The notes: generated by a model not told the origin, from the sequence alone. Counted from the stretch's first letter, positions 36,575 to 46,372 are shown. The stretch is DNA of 64,000 nt from a virus (IMGVR_UViG_3300021431_000089:32001-96000); one strand, 5' to 3'. Made by a program: numbers and translations.

Positions 36575-36835
36575 ACCGCCGTACCTGCCATGTAATTGGT
36601 TGCGGATCACGAACTAAATCTGATCCAGTTATCTACTAACAACCTGCATGGCAGGCCAGCAGTCGAGGTGGGAATTCGTGGCCACGGAACTCCTAGCTCT
36701 AGCAGGAGCCAAACCCTTATAACCTCCCTGCCCGTAGGTTCCGACGTTTCCCTGATCGGCTTTATGATTGGAGACATCACCCGAGCACTTGCTTGCCCTT
36801 GGAAACGGTTTTGCCAGTCAACCAATGGATTTATC
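36575..36835 (-). ncRNA. putative multi-stem structured RNA
   Basis: Nested stems CGTTTCC/GGAAACG, GAGGT/ACCTC, CTCCT/AGGAG, CCTGCCATG/CATGGCAGG, GGTTG/CAACC, GGATCA/TGATCC. Confidence 0.5.
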
Positions 36836-36842
36836 TTTTTCT

Positions 36843-37547
36843 TTAGATCTGATCAGCCCAGTCGCTGATCCAGCTTCTATGATTGATCGACAGCGTACAG
36901 ACTGCCGCCCGATCGTGTCCACGGAAGTGTTCAATGTATCTCTGAAAACCACTCTGTGAGATATCGTCCAGATCACATTGCCCGTCATGTCCGATCACGA
37001 TGACCTTCGCGTGTTTGCCGACACGGGTCAGCGTTTTCTGTAGCTGTGGCACGGTGTAGTTCTGTGCTTCGTCGATAATGATGACGGCATCATCCAGATT
37101 CGAACCCCTCAGGTAGGTATCTGTGATACATGTGATGTAGCCGCCACTCTTACTATCGCCCTCCGACAGCGAGGTGTCTCTCATGGCCGTATTGAGATTT
37201 ACGTGACACCTTACTAACGCTTGGTAGAACGCTTCGAAGTACACTGAGCTTTTTTCGGTAATAGTACCGGGCAACCAGCCCTGTTTCTTTTCGCCGTAGG
37301 GTGCCATGATGTAGATCAGGTCTTTATAAAAACCTGATTTTATTAACAGATTTGCAGCTCCTGTGGCTATGGTTGTCTTGCCCGTTCCAGCTTTTGCGTT
37401 TACGAATACAATGTCGATGTCGGGGTTGATGATTGTGTCTGCGAGAATGATCTGCTCTTCATCCAGTTCCAAGCCGTAGAACGGTTCGTCTCTGAATGTG
37501 TGAGGGAGTTCGCTCCCCGAGCTTTTCTTTCTAGGCATTCTCTTCAA
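36843..37547 (-). CDS. phoH: PhoH-family ATPase
   Basis: AGTGKT, GWLPG, YLRGSNL, IIDEAQN, LTRVG, IGH..QCD. Confidence 0.9.
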   Translation of the reverse strand: MKRMPRKKSSGSELPHTFRDEPFYGLELDEEQIILADTIINPDIDIVFVNAKAGTGKTTIATGAANLLIKSGFYKDLIYIMAPYGEKKQGWLPGTITEKSSVYFEAFYQALVRCHVNLNTAMRDTSLSEGDSKSGGYITCITDTYLRGSNLDDAVIIIDEAQNYTVPQLQKTLTRVGKHAKVIVIGHDGQCDLDDISQSGFQRYIEHFRGHDRAAVCTLSINHRSWISDWADQI

Positions 37548-38191
37548 AGAACCTCATCGAGATCGCAGTCGACTCCAATCAGGTAATCAACGAACCCGAG
37601 TTCCTTTGCCTCATCTGCAAGCATGTACCATTCGACTCTCGACTTTTTGTCATACATCTCTTCTGTCATGTTGGTGTGGGCGATTACGATTTCCTTCAGT
37701 CTCGCATCAAGCTTTTTGAAGAAATCCATCTGATCCTGCACCTTATTGCCAGAGTTATAGACAAAGTTCGAACCGTCGTGCAGCAGAACAGAAGAGTTGG
37801 GTGTGGCATAACGCTTGTGTCCTGTGAGACCGATCATAAGTGCCATGCTGTACCAGTATCCGAGATTGATTGTGTATACCGGTGTTTTACTTGTCATAAT
37901 GACATCCATAAGCCCAAGGCCAGACTGAACGTCACCACCTTCTGATGTGATGTACAGGCGAATAGGTGTTCTTTCTTCGACCGGAATATCTTTATCATCT
38001 GCGTTGTACTGCAGGATCTTGTGTATAAGGTCTGTTGTGTTCAGCGTGTTAACCTCGCCTGTGAGATAAAGCTTTCTTTCCTCGAGATCCTTATATTCAA
38101 GGATGTCCTCGAGACCAATATTCTGTAAGAGAGCCTCTATGTCGAGATCATCGTACACAATGTCAATGCCACGAAACCTTTTATTTGTCAT
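37544..38191 (-). CDS. clpP: ClpP-family serine protease
   Basis: LYITSEGG, YSMA (Ser), LLHD (His), A.EAKELGFVD. Confidence 0.88.
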   Translation of the reverse strand: MTNKRFRGIDIVYDDLDIEALLQNIGLEDILEYKDLEERKLYLTGEVNTLNTTDLIHKILQYNADDKDIPVEERTPIRLYITSEGGDVQSGLGLMDVIMTSKTPVYTINLGYWYSMALMIGLTGHKRYATPNSSVLLHDGSNFVYNSGNKVQDQMDFFKKLDARLKEIVIAHTNMTEEMYDKKSRVEWYMLADEAKELGFVDYLIGVDCDLDEVL

Positions 38192-38733
38192 TCCTTTGTA
38201 ATCCTCCGTAAGAATTCTATTGTTGATTCCCGAAGATCTTTCAATGTGCCAGCATTTTCGATCTTGAAGTCGGGGATGTGGTAACCAGGATAATCGAGAG
38301 CTGTTTCTGACGGATGCTGTCTCTGCTCTGCCGTAAGTGGAGATTCAAAATTAGTACGCTCTACCCTGACGTGCCAACAATTGTCGGTCAAGCTTCTCGG
38401 CCTCCACACTTCATTTGGAAACCGTGTATCGGGTACGATAACGTAGTCCCATTCGTTCCAAAACATTGCGATCAGGCTCGTCAGTCGGTCGACCCAGAAG
38501 TCTGGATCTTGTTTGCGCACGACATCTGTGCCTATGTATTGCAGGATGTGCCGCCCTGCGTCATCCTTGTTACCATCCCATCCGAAGTATTGCTTACAGA
38601 TGAATTTGAGTTCGTCAGCATAGTGCATTATCTGCACCTTACATCCTCGTGCCTCGAGGTATTCACGCATGAAGTTTGCACATGTGTCCTTGCCGTTCTG
38701 TGCATGTCCGGAAATGAGAATGATTCCTTTCAC
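38188..38733 (-). CDS. deoxynucleoside monophosphate kinase
   Basis: SG....GKDT, R..LQ..GT...R, DTRFPNE, HPSE. Confidence 0.85.
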   Translation of the reverse strand: MKGIILISGHAQNGKDTCANFMREYLEARGCKVQIMHYADELKFICKQYFGWDGNKDDAGRHILQYIGTDVVRKQDPDFWVDRLTSLIAMFWNEWDYVIVPDTRFPNEVWRPRSLTDNCWHVRVERTNFESPLTAEQRQHPSETALDYPGYHIPDFKIENAGTLKDLRESTIEFLRRITKE

Positions 38734-38735
38734 AA

Positions 38736-39365
38736 TTACACCTCGCCGTGTTCACATGTGATCAAATACCCGTATGGGAGAGTGGCGATCCATTTACAGA
38801 ATTCTCTCCACTCTGGGAGACGGTGGTTCAGACGCTGTTTATAAATGGTTTTGAGCTGTCTGTAGTTCGTGGTCATGCCAGCTGTAAGCATGAATCCGGC
38901 TGGATTACTGTATAGAATTTCCAGATATTTATGCGTTCTGATCTCCGGGTCTTCCGTGAGGTTGTACTCGTTGATTTTTTCCCGCATGATTGCGATGATG
39001 CGCGGGTCTACATATTCGTTGTAGGTCGTGTTGATGTCAAACTTTGCAATTCGATGCATCGTGCTCTGCGAACTTACGAAGTCGAGGAAGTGATAACGCT
39101 CGGCTTCAACCCACACCTTATTGCTGAATGTGAGATCGAACTGGACAATGACGCCTGTCAGCCACTGGTCGTGACCGCTTCCGGGTTCCGACTGGGCGAT
39201 CGCCTCAATGCCCTTGGTGAGCTCCGTGTTTACCGCATCTGTGTCAACATTCATTGGAAATTTGGCTCTGCGTATGCTATTGCGCAGGCCATACACTTTT
39301 GCGTTTGACACACAGCTGCATCCCTGAACGTCGATCTCGTCTGTCGAGTATGTCTGATCTGCCAT
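38736..39365 (-). CDS. divergent ThyX-like protein
   Basis: GH..WL, ERY..SSQSTMH, NYRQL..IY.QR..H.L.EWR; GGAGG RBS before ATG 39365. Confidence 0.55.
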   Translation of the reverse strand: MADQTYSTDEIDVQGCSCVSNAKVYGLRNSIRRAKFPMNVDTDAVNTELTKGIEAIAQSEPGSGHDQWLTGVIVQFDLTFSNKVWVEAERYHFLDFVSSQSTMHRIAKFDINTTYNEYVDPRIIAIMREKINEYNLTEDPEIRTHKYLEILYSNPAGFMLTAGMTTNYRQLKTIYKQRLNHRLPEWREFCKWIATLPYGYLITCEHGEV

Positions 39366-39372
39366 AATCCTC

Positions 39373-39762
39373 CTATCTATGCCGTTTGTGCGTGTTGCAC
39401 GGAAGGTTCTCGGGAGTGTATCTGAAGACACATACTGGGTAATACCCGGAGATATCTTCCGTTCCAATCACGAGAACCTCTTTCCCATTCGTCGTTTCTA
39501 CAAGCCTCATCATCCGATGATTTTCGTCGGCATCGAATGAAATGAGGACTTCTGTGTCGGGAATATTGGCAGGAATTTTCTTAGGAGCGTATTCGACACC
39601 CTCAACCCACGACCGATAGCCGTCGGATGGGTTCTCTGTAGCTCGATAGGTTTTCCCGTCCAGAATGAAGTCGACGCACTCGGCATCATTCATGGTGTAG
39701 TCCATACTGACGCCGGAGAGGATGTGCTTACCGCACAACTTCTTAGGTTTAATCTTGTTCAT
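39373..39762 (-). CDS. hypothetical protein
   Basis: GGAGG RBS; 129 aa. Confidence 0.65.
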   Translation of the reverse strand: MNKIKPKKLCGKHILSGVSMDYTMNDAECVDFILDGKTYRATENPSDGYRSWVEGVEYAPKKIPANIPDTEVLISFDADENHRMMRLVETTNGKEVLVIGTEDISGYYPVCVFRYTPENLPCNTHKRHR

Positions 39763-39851
39763 AAGCCTCCGTCATTCACATTTTCATTAGTTGAAAACGT
39801 ATTTTTTGTCGCCCATCGGCGACGCCCAATTATCTTAACTGGTATGCTTAT

Positions 39852-39880
39852 ATTATATACGATTCCAATGAATATGTGAA
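39852..39880 (-). promoter_or_regulatory. sigmaA-type promoter
   Basis: TTCACA-N17-TATAAT on minus strand. Confidence 0.7.
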
Positions 39881-39895
39881 CATATTTCGGCTCAT

Positions 39896-42800
39896 TTAGA
39901 TCATCTTTTCGTACCGTTCCAGCGTGAAGTATATGCCGTCTCTGTTGTATGACTTACATACAATGATATCGCCCTCTTTAACCGGCTCCTGTTTATAAAC
40001 TCTATCCCAACAAGTGAACCGGCTCTCCTTGCCGCTGCCGATTGATTTGGTAAATAGCGATCTACCTATAATTTTCCCTGTTTTACGGCTTCTAATAGGC
40101 CTAACCTCGGTGATGTAAAGTTTTCTACGATCTTCTTCACTGCCAGTAACGTAGCCCATATACCCCATTGCCTCGACATAATTCTTCACCTTTACCGGTT
40201 CGCTCATGTCTTCAAGGTTCTGGTTTTTAATGATACATTCGCACTCGTTCATTGCTGATTGTACATCAAGCAAGGTATAACTCTTTGCCTCACCGCCCGA
40301 TTTTGTCACCCCAACAGCGTATCGGCGGATCGCTTCCTCATACAGCGTACCATCGACCTGACTTCGCTTAATCTGTTTCGCATCTCCGTCTTTAAACATG
40401 TTACGGAAAATGGATGTGATGTAAGCGAGTTCTCTTTGATTGCCAAAATCCCTGAAGAAATCAATTCCGATCAGGATATCAACCTGTTTCGCATTAACAT
40501 TTGTTTCGTGTCGAATGTCGTACAGCACCTGCATGAAGCGAGTATATTGTTTACCGGTGTGTGCCAGGTTATAGAGTGCGTTAGCAACGTTCTTATTCAT
40601 GAATTTGATTGATGTAACGCCCTTAGCGATAATTTTTCTTTGCCAGTCACACACGTAGTCGTTCTTGGAAATGCCCCATCTCGGGGTCGACACCTCAATT
40701 CCAACCTTTTTGCCGTACGCAATAATCTTTCCGGTCTTTTCAAGGTCATCTCCAAAGGCGTTTAACGACGCTGTAAGGAATTCGAGGGGATGATAGTACC
40801 TTAAATACCCGCAAATATAGCCAATCATTGAGTATGCATCGGAATGATTCCAAGAAAACCCGTATTCTGACGCATCGAGGATAATTTGAATGAACGGCTT
40901 GATGATGGAATTGCACCTTTCGACAGACATATCGTATTTTTCGGTGCAAAATTCGATAAATCTGCGCTCAATTTCTGGTAACAGGGTCTCCGTCCCCTTC
41001 TTTTTTGCAATCGCACGGCGAACGGTATCCGATTCAGCCGCTGAGTAACCGCAAAATTTGACAAGAAACTGCATAATTGTCTCCTGCATGGCGATTCTGC
41101 CCGCTTCTGGAGCTAAAAATTCATTCAATGCATCGAAACCGTTGTCATAAAACTGCCCGGCGGCCACGCTGTCGCGGAAACTGGCACACGCAGGCCGTAA
41201 AAGCCCGTTGCCAAACGACATCCACTTCAACATGGAGAAGTTTGGGATCTTCGATCTGGCTATGGACAGTGTTTTATCGGACATAAACTTGCGAATGAAC
41301 TGCTGAGCGCTGTTTGATTCCCATTGGAAGATCATTGTGGTGTCATCGCGGATACTTTTCCACACATTTTCGTCTTCAAGGTCGACAGTGTCCGGTGTTA
41401 ATGGCTCTATACCAAGTAATTTGCATGTGTCATTGATGATTTTGACATTGTCCAAACCCAAGCAATCGAGTTTTACCATCATCAGTGAGTCAAGTTCTTT
41501 CATATTGAGCATTGATACAGGATAATCTGTCGTTGCCAGCGAACAAAGGCCAATTTCTGCCTCGATATCTCTGTCACTGACGAGTACGCCGCTCGGGTGT
41601 GTTCCAACCGATACGATTGTACCGATTACGATGTCAACATATCGGAAAACAGGCTTATATTTCTCTCTGGCGGCGTCAATATCGGTCTCTGCAAGCTCGG
41701 CTATCTCATCTGCCTTGGCCATGTAACCAGATGGGCCGACATCTGTGGCCATCAGGGCTCTACAAACATCTCTAATCGCCCCTCGGAGCTTAATTGTGTT
41801 GAATGTAATAATTTCAGCCGTCTGAATCTGCGGCAAATCCATCTTATCTCTCAATAAGAACTGTTTAACACGGTCTCTGTCCTCGCCGCCGTAGTCTGTA
41901 TCAATATCAGCGAGTGAAACACGGTCGGGATTGGAGAATCTGAAGAAATTTAGGTTAAATTTGAGGCTATCCATCTGCGTAATGCCTAACAGGTAAGCCA
42001 CCATGCTGCCAGACACCGATCCACGGCCCGGCCCGCAGTTAATTCCGTTCTTTTTCTCCCATTCCCGCAGGTAAGTCTGCAAAAGCATGAAGTCAATGGA
42101 CTTTGTCTTCTCGAAAACGCTGATTTCCTGCTCGACGGCGGCCGTCAGCTCCTCTCTGGTATGATTTTTAAGTGCAAACGGGTGAGTGTCGATCGCGTCG
42201 TACACTTTTTTCCTGAAAGTCTGCACAGGATGCTCGTAAATGTGCGGATACTTCGGTGAACGGTCAATTTCGAACGGCTCCACCATGTCAGCGAGCACAT
42301 TTGTGTTCTCAATCGCCTTCAGATAGACCTTTTCCGGCAACGTACCCTGCATCTGATATGCTTCAACCAGTTGGTCGTATGTTTTAAACCTCAAGTCCCA
42401 GTTATCTTCACCATCGAAGTGAATTTTCTTACTCCTCTGGAGAATTTTACGTCCTTCGACATGCGCATTGTTCAGAGCGTGCGTATCCGTGCCTGCTATC
42501 AGTGGAATTCCCGTTTGACCGCTCAACAAAACGAGCTTTTCATTGTACGCTTTCTGTTTGTCGTCGATGTGGTGCCCTATTTCCAAAAATGTACGGTGTT
42601 TGTTCTCGGTCATGAATCTCATGAACCGCTCAACCACGAATGGATTGTCAGCGCCTTTGCCAAGTACTCCGCCAACGCATGCGGAAGTGACAATAATGTT
42701 GTCAGATGTTGCAAACAGCTCATCAAAGCTGATTCTTGGGGCGTAATAGAAATGATTGTCCCGCCTGTTAAAGCTTCTGGAAATTAAACGGTTTAGTTCA

Positions 42801-43099
42801 AGAACTCCATCATAATTCTTTGCGATCAGCACGCAATGGTAGTTGTCACGCACCTTGCAGTCGAGCGATGCTGTGAGATATGCTTCAACAGCATGCACAT
42901 ACTTCATCCCGGCCGCTTCGATTGTTTCTTTTTTATGTAACCACTCCATTACAGACCCGTGTTCTGAAAACCCGAACGTCTTCATGCCACACTGCTGTGC
43001 GGCTTTTACATAATCTTCGAATTTTGTAACACTATCTATGTTCGTGACAGCATTACTCAGATCCGAATGGATATGATAGCAGAAGTAGTTATCAGTCAT
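39896..43099 (-). CDS. dnaE: DNA polymerase III alpha subunit
   Basis: PHP domain (HIHS, SEHG, DTH), GPGRGSVSGS, ADIDTD, HPSG, KLDCLGL, FQWES, YGF...HS..Y. Confidence 0.95.
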   Translation of the reverse strand: MTDNYFCYHIHSDLSNAVTNIDSVTKFEDYVKAAQQCGMKTFGFSEHGSVMEWLHKKETIEAAGMKYVHAVEAYLTASLDCKVRDNYHCVLIAKNYDGVLELNRLISRSFNRRDNHFYYAPRISFDELFATSDNIIVTSACVGGVLGKGADNPFVVERFMRFMTENKHRTFLEIGHHIDDKQKAYNEKLVLLSGQTGIPLIAGTDTHALNNAHVEGRKILQRSKKIHFDGEDNWDLRFKTYDQLVEAYQMQGTLPEKVYLKAIENTNVLADMVEPFEIDRSPKYPHIYEHPVQTFRKKVYDAIDTHPFALKNHTREELTAAVEQEISVFEKTKSIDFMLLQTYLREWEKKNGINCGPGRGSVSGSMVAYLLGITQMDSLKFNLNFFRFSNPDRVSLADIDTDYGGEDRDRVKQFLLRDKMDLPQIQTAEIITFNTIKLRGAIRDVCRALMATDVGPSGYMAKADEIAELAETDIDAAREKYKPVFRYVDIVIGTIVSVGTHPSGVLVSDRDIEAEIGLCSLATTDYPVSMLNMKELDSLMMVKLDCLGLDNVKIINDTCKLLGIEPLTPDTVDLEDENVWKSIRDDTTMIFQWESNSAQQFIRKFMSDKTLSIARSKIPNFSMLKWMSFGNGLLRPACASFRDSVAAGQFYDNGFDALNEFLAPEAGRIAMQETIMQFLVKFCGYSAAESDTVRRAIAKKKGTETLLPEIERRFIEFCTEKYDMSVERCNSIIKPFIQIILDASEYGFSWNHSDAYSMIGYICGYLRYYHPLEFLTASLNAFGDDLEKTGKIIAYGKKVGIEVSTPRWGISKNDYVCDWQRKIIAKGVTSIKFMNKNVANALYNLAHTGKQYTRFMQVLYDIRHETNVNAKQVDILIGIDFFRDFGNQRELAYITSIFRNMFKDGDAKQIKRSQVDGTLYEEAIRRYAVGVTKSGGEAKSYTLLDVQSAMNECECIIKNQNLEDMSEPVKVKNYVEAMGYMGYVTGSEEDRRKLYITEVRPIRSRKTGKIIGRSLFTKSIGSGKESRFTCWDRVYKQEPVKEGDIIVCKSYNRDGIYFTLERYEKMI

Positions 43100-43491
43100 C
43101 GCAAATCTTTATCGAGCTTTCTTACCTCGGAGATATGATCCCATACATAGTCAGCAAAGATATCGAAGTTCAGCGATAACTGATCGAAAACGTCGATCTT
43201 GATGGATTCTTTATCGAACGCTTCCTGATTGGCAATCCACGGGCCAATGATGACCTCCCATTCAGCCTTAGACCAGTAGCAATACATCATCCAGCTTCTG
43301 AGCTCTTTTACGAATTCTTCTTTTGTAATTGAATGCCGCTTGCCATCTGTTCCCTTTTTTCGTTGCCTGGCAATTTTGGCTAACTGCTTGCATAATGTGC
43401 CATGATTGAAGACGTTGTACGTCGTGATACGCCTGCCATTAAAATCATGGTAATAAACGTTCCATTCAAGCTTTGATTCTCTATCAGCCAT
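43096..43491 (-). CDS. hypothetical protein
   Basis: GGAGG RBS; 131 aa. Confidence 0.65.
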   Translation of the reverse strand: MADRESKLEWNVYYHDFNGRRITTYNVFNHGTLCKQLAKIARQRKKGTDGKRHSITKEEFVKELRSWMMYCYWSKAEWEVIIGPWIANQEAFDKESIKIDVFDQLSLNFDIFADYVWDHISEVRKLDKDLR

Positions 43492-43501
43492 GGAATCCCT
43501 C

Positions 43502-43720
43502 CTATTCTATTTGTTCTGGATTGAATAATTCTGTTAATTTACATGCCGGACGTAGCTCGGTGCTGTCATCGTCGTTGCCATTCGGAACTATATACAGCAT
43601 CCCGGGACGCATGTTCTCAGCCACATCCGTACTTGTGCCACCCAGCTCCACGGCTCTGTATAACGTGCCGCCATCAAGCCAAAATACACAAGATTCGCTG
43701 TTAATGTCTAAATCGATCAT
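43502..43720 (-). CDS. small protein ending KLTELF
   Basis: Overlapping operon ORF. Confidence 0.55.
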   Translation of the reverse strand: MIDLDINSESCVFWLDGGTLYRAVELGGTSTDVAENMRPGMLYIVPNGNDDDSTELRPACKLTELFNPEQIE

Positions 43721-44090
43721 CTGAGCTTATCCCCTTTGAAAATAATTCTTCGAGTGTAATTGATGACTCCAGCGACTCCACAACCACACATACACCGTTA
43801 TTACACCCGTGGCGTTCGTAGACCATTGCCCACATTGCTTCTTGAAGTGCTGACTCATATGCGTCGTTAAAGTAACGCATATAGTCGATCTCGTCGTCTC
43901 TCATTCGAGTGATGAACGGCTCGCTATCAGGAGACCAAGGGCGCGATTCGGTCGGCGTGCGCGGGTGTATTGGCTGTGGGCAAGGAGCCCAGTCTGGCTG
44001 ATTAAACGCAGCTATGTGCGGGTGTGTGTCGAATCCTGCGGTTGAGACCCATATTTGATTTCGCCATCTTTCGATATTACCTCGCTCCAT
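43701..44090 (-). CDS. hypothetical protein with TLEELF near C-terminus
   Basis: Start taken at MERGNI. Confidence 0.5.
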   Translation of the reverse strand: MERGNIERWRNQIWVSTAGFDTHPHIAAFNQPDWAPCPQPIHPRTPTESRPWSPDSEPFITRMRDDEIDYMRYFNDAYESALQEAMWAMVYERHGCNNGVCVVVESLESSITLEELFSKGISSDDRFRH

Positions 44091-44358
44091 CTGCACCACC
44101 CTCAAACAGCTCGGTCAATGACATTTGTGACTGATAACCCTCATTTAAATCTTTTAAAATGACTCTGATATCATCAACAATGTGACATACGTCCGACGCA
44201 CGAACATCAATATTGAATCGAACACAGACACCAGACTCCAAGTAGTACTCCTCCCCGTGGCCACCGTACTCGATATCCTGTTTAAATCTTGGACATGCAA
44301 TACACCGATGGCTTCCAAGAAATGTATCATGTAGTTTACTCTCTGCCTCTGTCATCAT
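44077..44358 (-). CDS. Cys-containing protein with QMSLTELF near C-terminus
   Basis: AAGGAGG RBS; CIAC..C..C. Confidence 0.6.
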   Translation of the reverse strand: MMTEAESKLHDTFLGSHRCIACPRFKQDIEYGGHGEEYYLESGVCVRFNIDVRASDVCHIVDDIRVILKDLNEGYQSQMSLTELFEGGADGAR

Positions 44359-44518
44359 CCACCTCCTTAAGAATCTCACGGGCCAATTCGGCTATGTCCC
44401 AAAGAAGATCGCTGATTATCAGAAGGAAGAGAGCAATCCCATATTCGGCCTGGCCGACCATGAACGCAAATGCGGCAAAGAATATGCAGACAATCCTAAA
44501 CCATTTCATTATGCACAT
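44336..44518 (-). CDS. small two-TM membrane protein
   Basis: Hydrophobic ORF; start uncertain. Confidence 0.5.
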   Translation of the reverse strand: MCIMKWFRIVCIFFAAFAFMVGQAEYGIALFLLIISDLLWDIAELAREILKEVDDDRGRE

Positions 44519-44876
44519 CTCCTGAATCATCCAAGCTTTCACAAAGCATTCTAATCGCCTCGTCCCTCAAAGCCCCTTCAAAGACCTTCATGTCGTCATG
44601 CTCCATAACATATCTCATGAGTCTGCCATATACTTTACGGCGTTCCCCAGATTTATATGTATCAATGAGGGCTTCGAAATTGTCGTCGACATCAGCGAGA
44701 GGGCACCAGCTTGGACGCTGGAGCTTCTCGTCTTTGTCATGTACTTCCAATCCTGTGAATTTCCGGTTGTCTTTTGCAAGGCACTCTCCCCACGGTTCCC
44801 ACTCGTCCATGAGATCTGAGAGCGGGCAGACCCCGCAATCACTCGGAAGTTCCATATCTTTAATCAGTATCGCCAT
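44496..44876 (-). CDS. Cys-motif hypothetical protein
   Basis: LP..C..CPL...RP.WCPL. Confidence 0.65.
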   Translation of the reverse strand: MAILIKDMELPSDCGVCPLSDLMDEWEPWGECLAKDNRKFTGLEVHDKDEKLQRPSWCPLADVDDNFEALIDTYKSGERRKVYGRLMRYVMEHDDMKVFEGALRDEAIRMLCESLDDSGDVHNEMV

Positions 44877-44885
44877 ATGTATCTG

Positions 44886-45065
44886 TCACCGCAGTCCGTT
44901 TCTCTCAAGCTCCACCTCTGCATCGTCGAGGCAAACAGCCAAGTACTCAATGCATTCCATGGCTTTGAAGAGGGTATTCTTACTGCCCTCATTCCGTGCA
45001 CGTTTAAGCATAGTGTTCAGATCCTCAATGATACCCGCACATTTATCAAAATTTTCACCAAGCAT
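44886..45065 (-). CDS. 59-aa hypothetical protein (not in ORF track)
   Basis: GGAGG RBS; MLGENFDKC...ELERNGLR; fills operon gap. Confidence 0.55.
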   Translation of the reverse strand: MLGENFDKCAGIIEDLNTMLKRARNEGSKNTLFKAMECIEYLAVCLDDAEVELERNGLR

Positions 45066-45252
45066 TTTCGTTCCTCCTCCACTCCTCGATGATTCTTTGT
45101 ACTAATTCATTATCTTTGTACGTCTCTGTCAGCCACTGAATCGGGATGGCGTCAACATATGGTTGTTCTGGATCAATATTCCAGTTTTGGTACTCGCCGT
45201 ACTCGCCGATGTAGCAGTGATTATCGTCTTCCAAATCAACGAGCCGCATCAT
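45055..45252 (-). CDS. hypothetical protein
   Basis: MRLVD...P.VDAIPI.W motif. Confidence 0.6.
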   Translation of the reverse strand: MMRLVDLEDDNHCYIGEYGEYQNWNIDPEQPYVDAIPIQWLTETYKDNELVQRIIEEWRRNENAW

Positions 45253-45469
45253 TCTTCCCCTCGAACCTATAGCAGTAACCCGTGCGAGGAGTGTTGGAGA
45301 ACCACACCGTGCAAGTGTTTGTCATATTCGAATGATACTTGCAATCCATGCACTGCCTTGCCTTTACGTATAACGTCGTGCCAACGAACACACTGTTTTC
45401 GCCAACCACGATCTCTGTTCTTGCTGAATCAAGGAAGTCTCTGACTGCCTGCTTACTAATGTAATTCAT
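45236..45469 (-). CDS. Cys-motif small protein
   Basis: YISKQA...CMDCKY..C...YC. Confidence 0.6.
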   Translation of the reverse strand: MNYISKQAVRDFLDSARTEIVVGENSVFVGTTLYVKARQCMDCKYHSNMTNTCTVWFSNTPRTGYCYRFEGKNDAAR

Positions 45470-45635
45470 CTTCTTTACCCCTCATCTTGTATTCAACATA
45501 TTTAGAAAGCACATTTGAGGCGTCCTTTAAGCCGTCAAAGTAGCCGTCGTTATAATGCTTCTTGTGCCCGAAAATTTCATATGCCGCGACCGTTAATATG
45601 GTGCCGACAATCAGACCGCCAAGGTAGTCAATCAT
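45456..45635 (-). CDS. single-TM small protein
   Basis: Start MIDYLGG; Y.DGY.DG. Confidence 0.55.
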   Translation of the reverse strand: MIDYLGGLIVGTILTVAAYEIFGHKKHYNDGYFDGLKDASNVLSKYVEYKMRGKEDELH

Positions 45636-46032
45636 CGCCCTTACCTTCGCTAGACACGACATCAATTAATCCGTGCTCAAGCATTTCTTTTGCCGGGAAG
45701 AAGCTGATGTTGTATGCATATGGCGTCACACTTGCGGGCTCTGTCTGAATAACCGTATAGGTGACATCATTTCCGAGATGTGCATAGAAGAGCTTAAATT
45801 CGTCCGCGCCAGTCTGAATCGTCACATTCAAATCCCCATCAGAATCGACATCGACCGAGATATACCCTTCGACTGCAAACAGCGTTTCGTTGAGTCTTGT
45901 GTTAATGGCGACGACACGTCTGTAGATATTGAAGTTGTTGGCTTCTCTTCTTATGTTGTAGTTAACCCGGTCGGACTTTTCACAGCCCGCCATCGTCAGC
46001 AGCAACATGATCGCCAGAAATACTTTTTTCAT
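45628..46032 (-). CDS. lipoprotein
   Basis: MKKVFLAIMLLLTMAG-C lipobox. Confidence 0.75.
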   Translation of the reverse strand: MKKVFLAIMLLLTMAGCEKSDRVNYNIRREANNFNIYRRVVAINTRLNETLFAVEGYISVDVDSDGDLNVTIQTGADEFKLFYAHLGNDVTYTVIQTEPASVTPYAYNISFFPAKEMLEHGLIDVVSSEGKGDD

Positions 46033-46241
46033 TCTTTTTTCCTCTTTCCCTCAGAACAGTACGCAACTGGGCAATATATGTTAGATCCGTTCCCAAGGTT
46101 CCGCACCATCGTGTGCGTACAGCTGTGGTCATATTCACACTCACTGCACGGAACCAGTTCGAAGCTGTAACACATCTCTCTTTTGAATCTAGGAACCTGG
46201 TCTTCTGAAACTTTAACTGCGAAGTAGTGTAGATCACTCAT
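46029..46241 (-). CDS. Cys-motif small protein
   Basis: ELVPCSEC...YCS.G. Confidence 0.6.
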   Translation of the reverse strand: MSDLHYFAVKVSEDQVPRFKREMCYSFELVPCSECEYDHSCTHTMVRNLGNGSNIYCPVAYCSEGKRKKE

Positions 46242-46372
46242 TCTTCTTTCCTCTCTGCCCTATAGACTGTGTCTGTTGATGATGTAGCGTATGTCGGTAT
46301 AAGCCTTGGGCATTTATCGCACTCCCCATCGCAGTACACATAGTCATTGCCACAAACTCTTACTTCACTCAT
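46238..46372 (-). CDS. 44-aa Cys-rich protein
   Basis: MSEVRVCGNDYVYCDGECDKC...; ATGA overlaps at both ends. Confidence 0.55.
   Translation of the reverse strand: MSEVRVCGNDYVYCDGECDKCPRLIPTYATSSTDTVYRAERKEE

Noticed and set aside
36428-36835. tmRNA
   Set aside because: Has a D stem, lacks G3-U70 and CCA, and no tag reading frame was recognisable
39802-39823. Hairpin GTCGCCC/GGCGAC as a terminator
   Set aside because: The T-tract is on the wrong side for either strand
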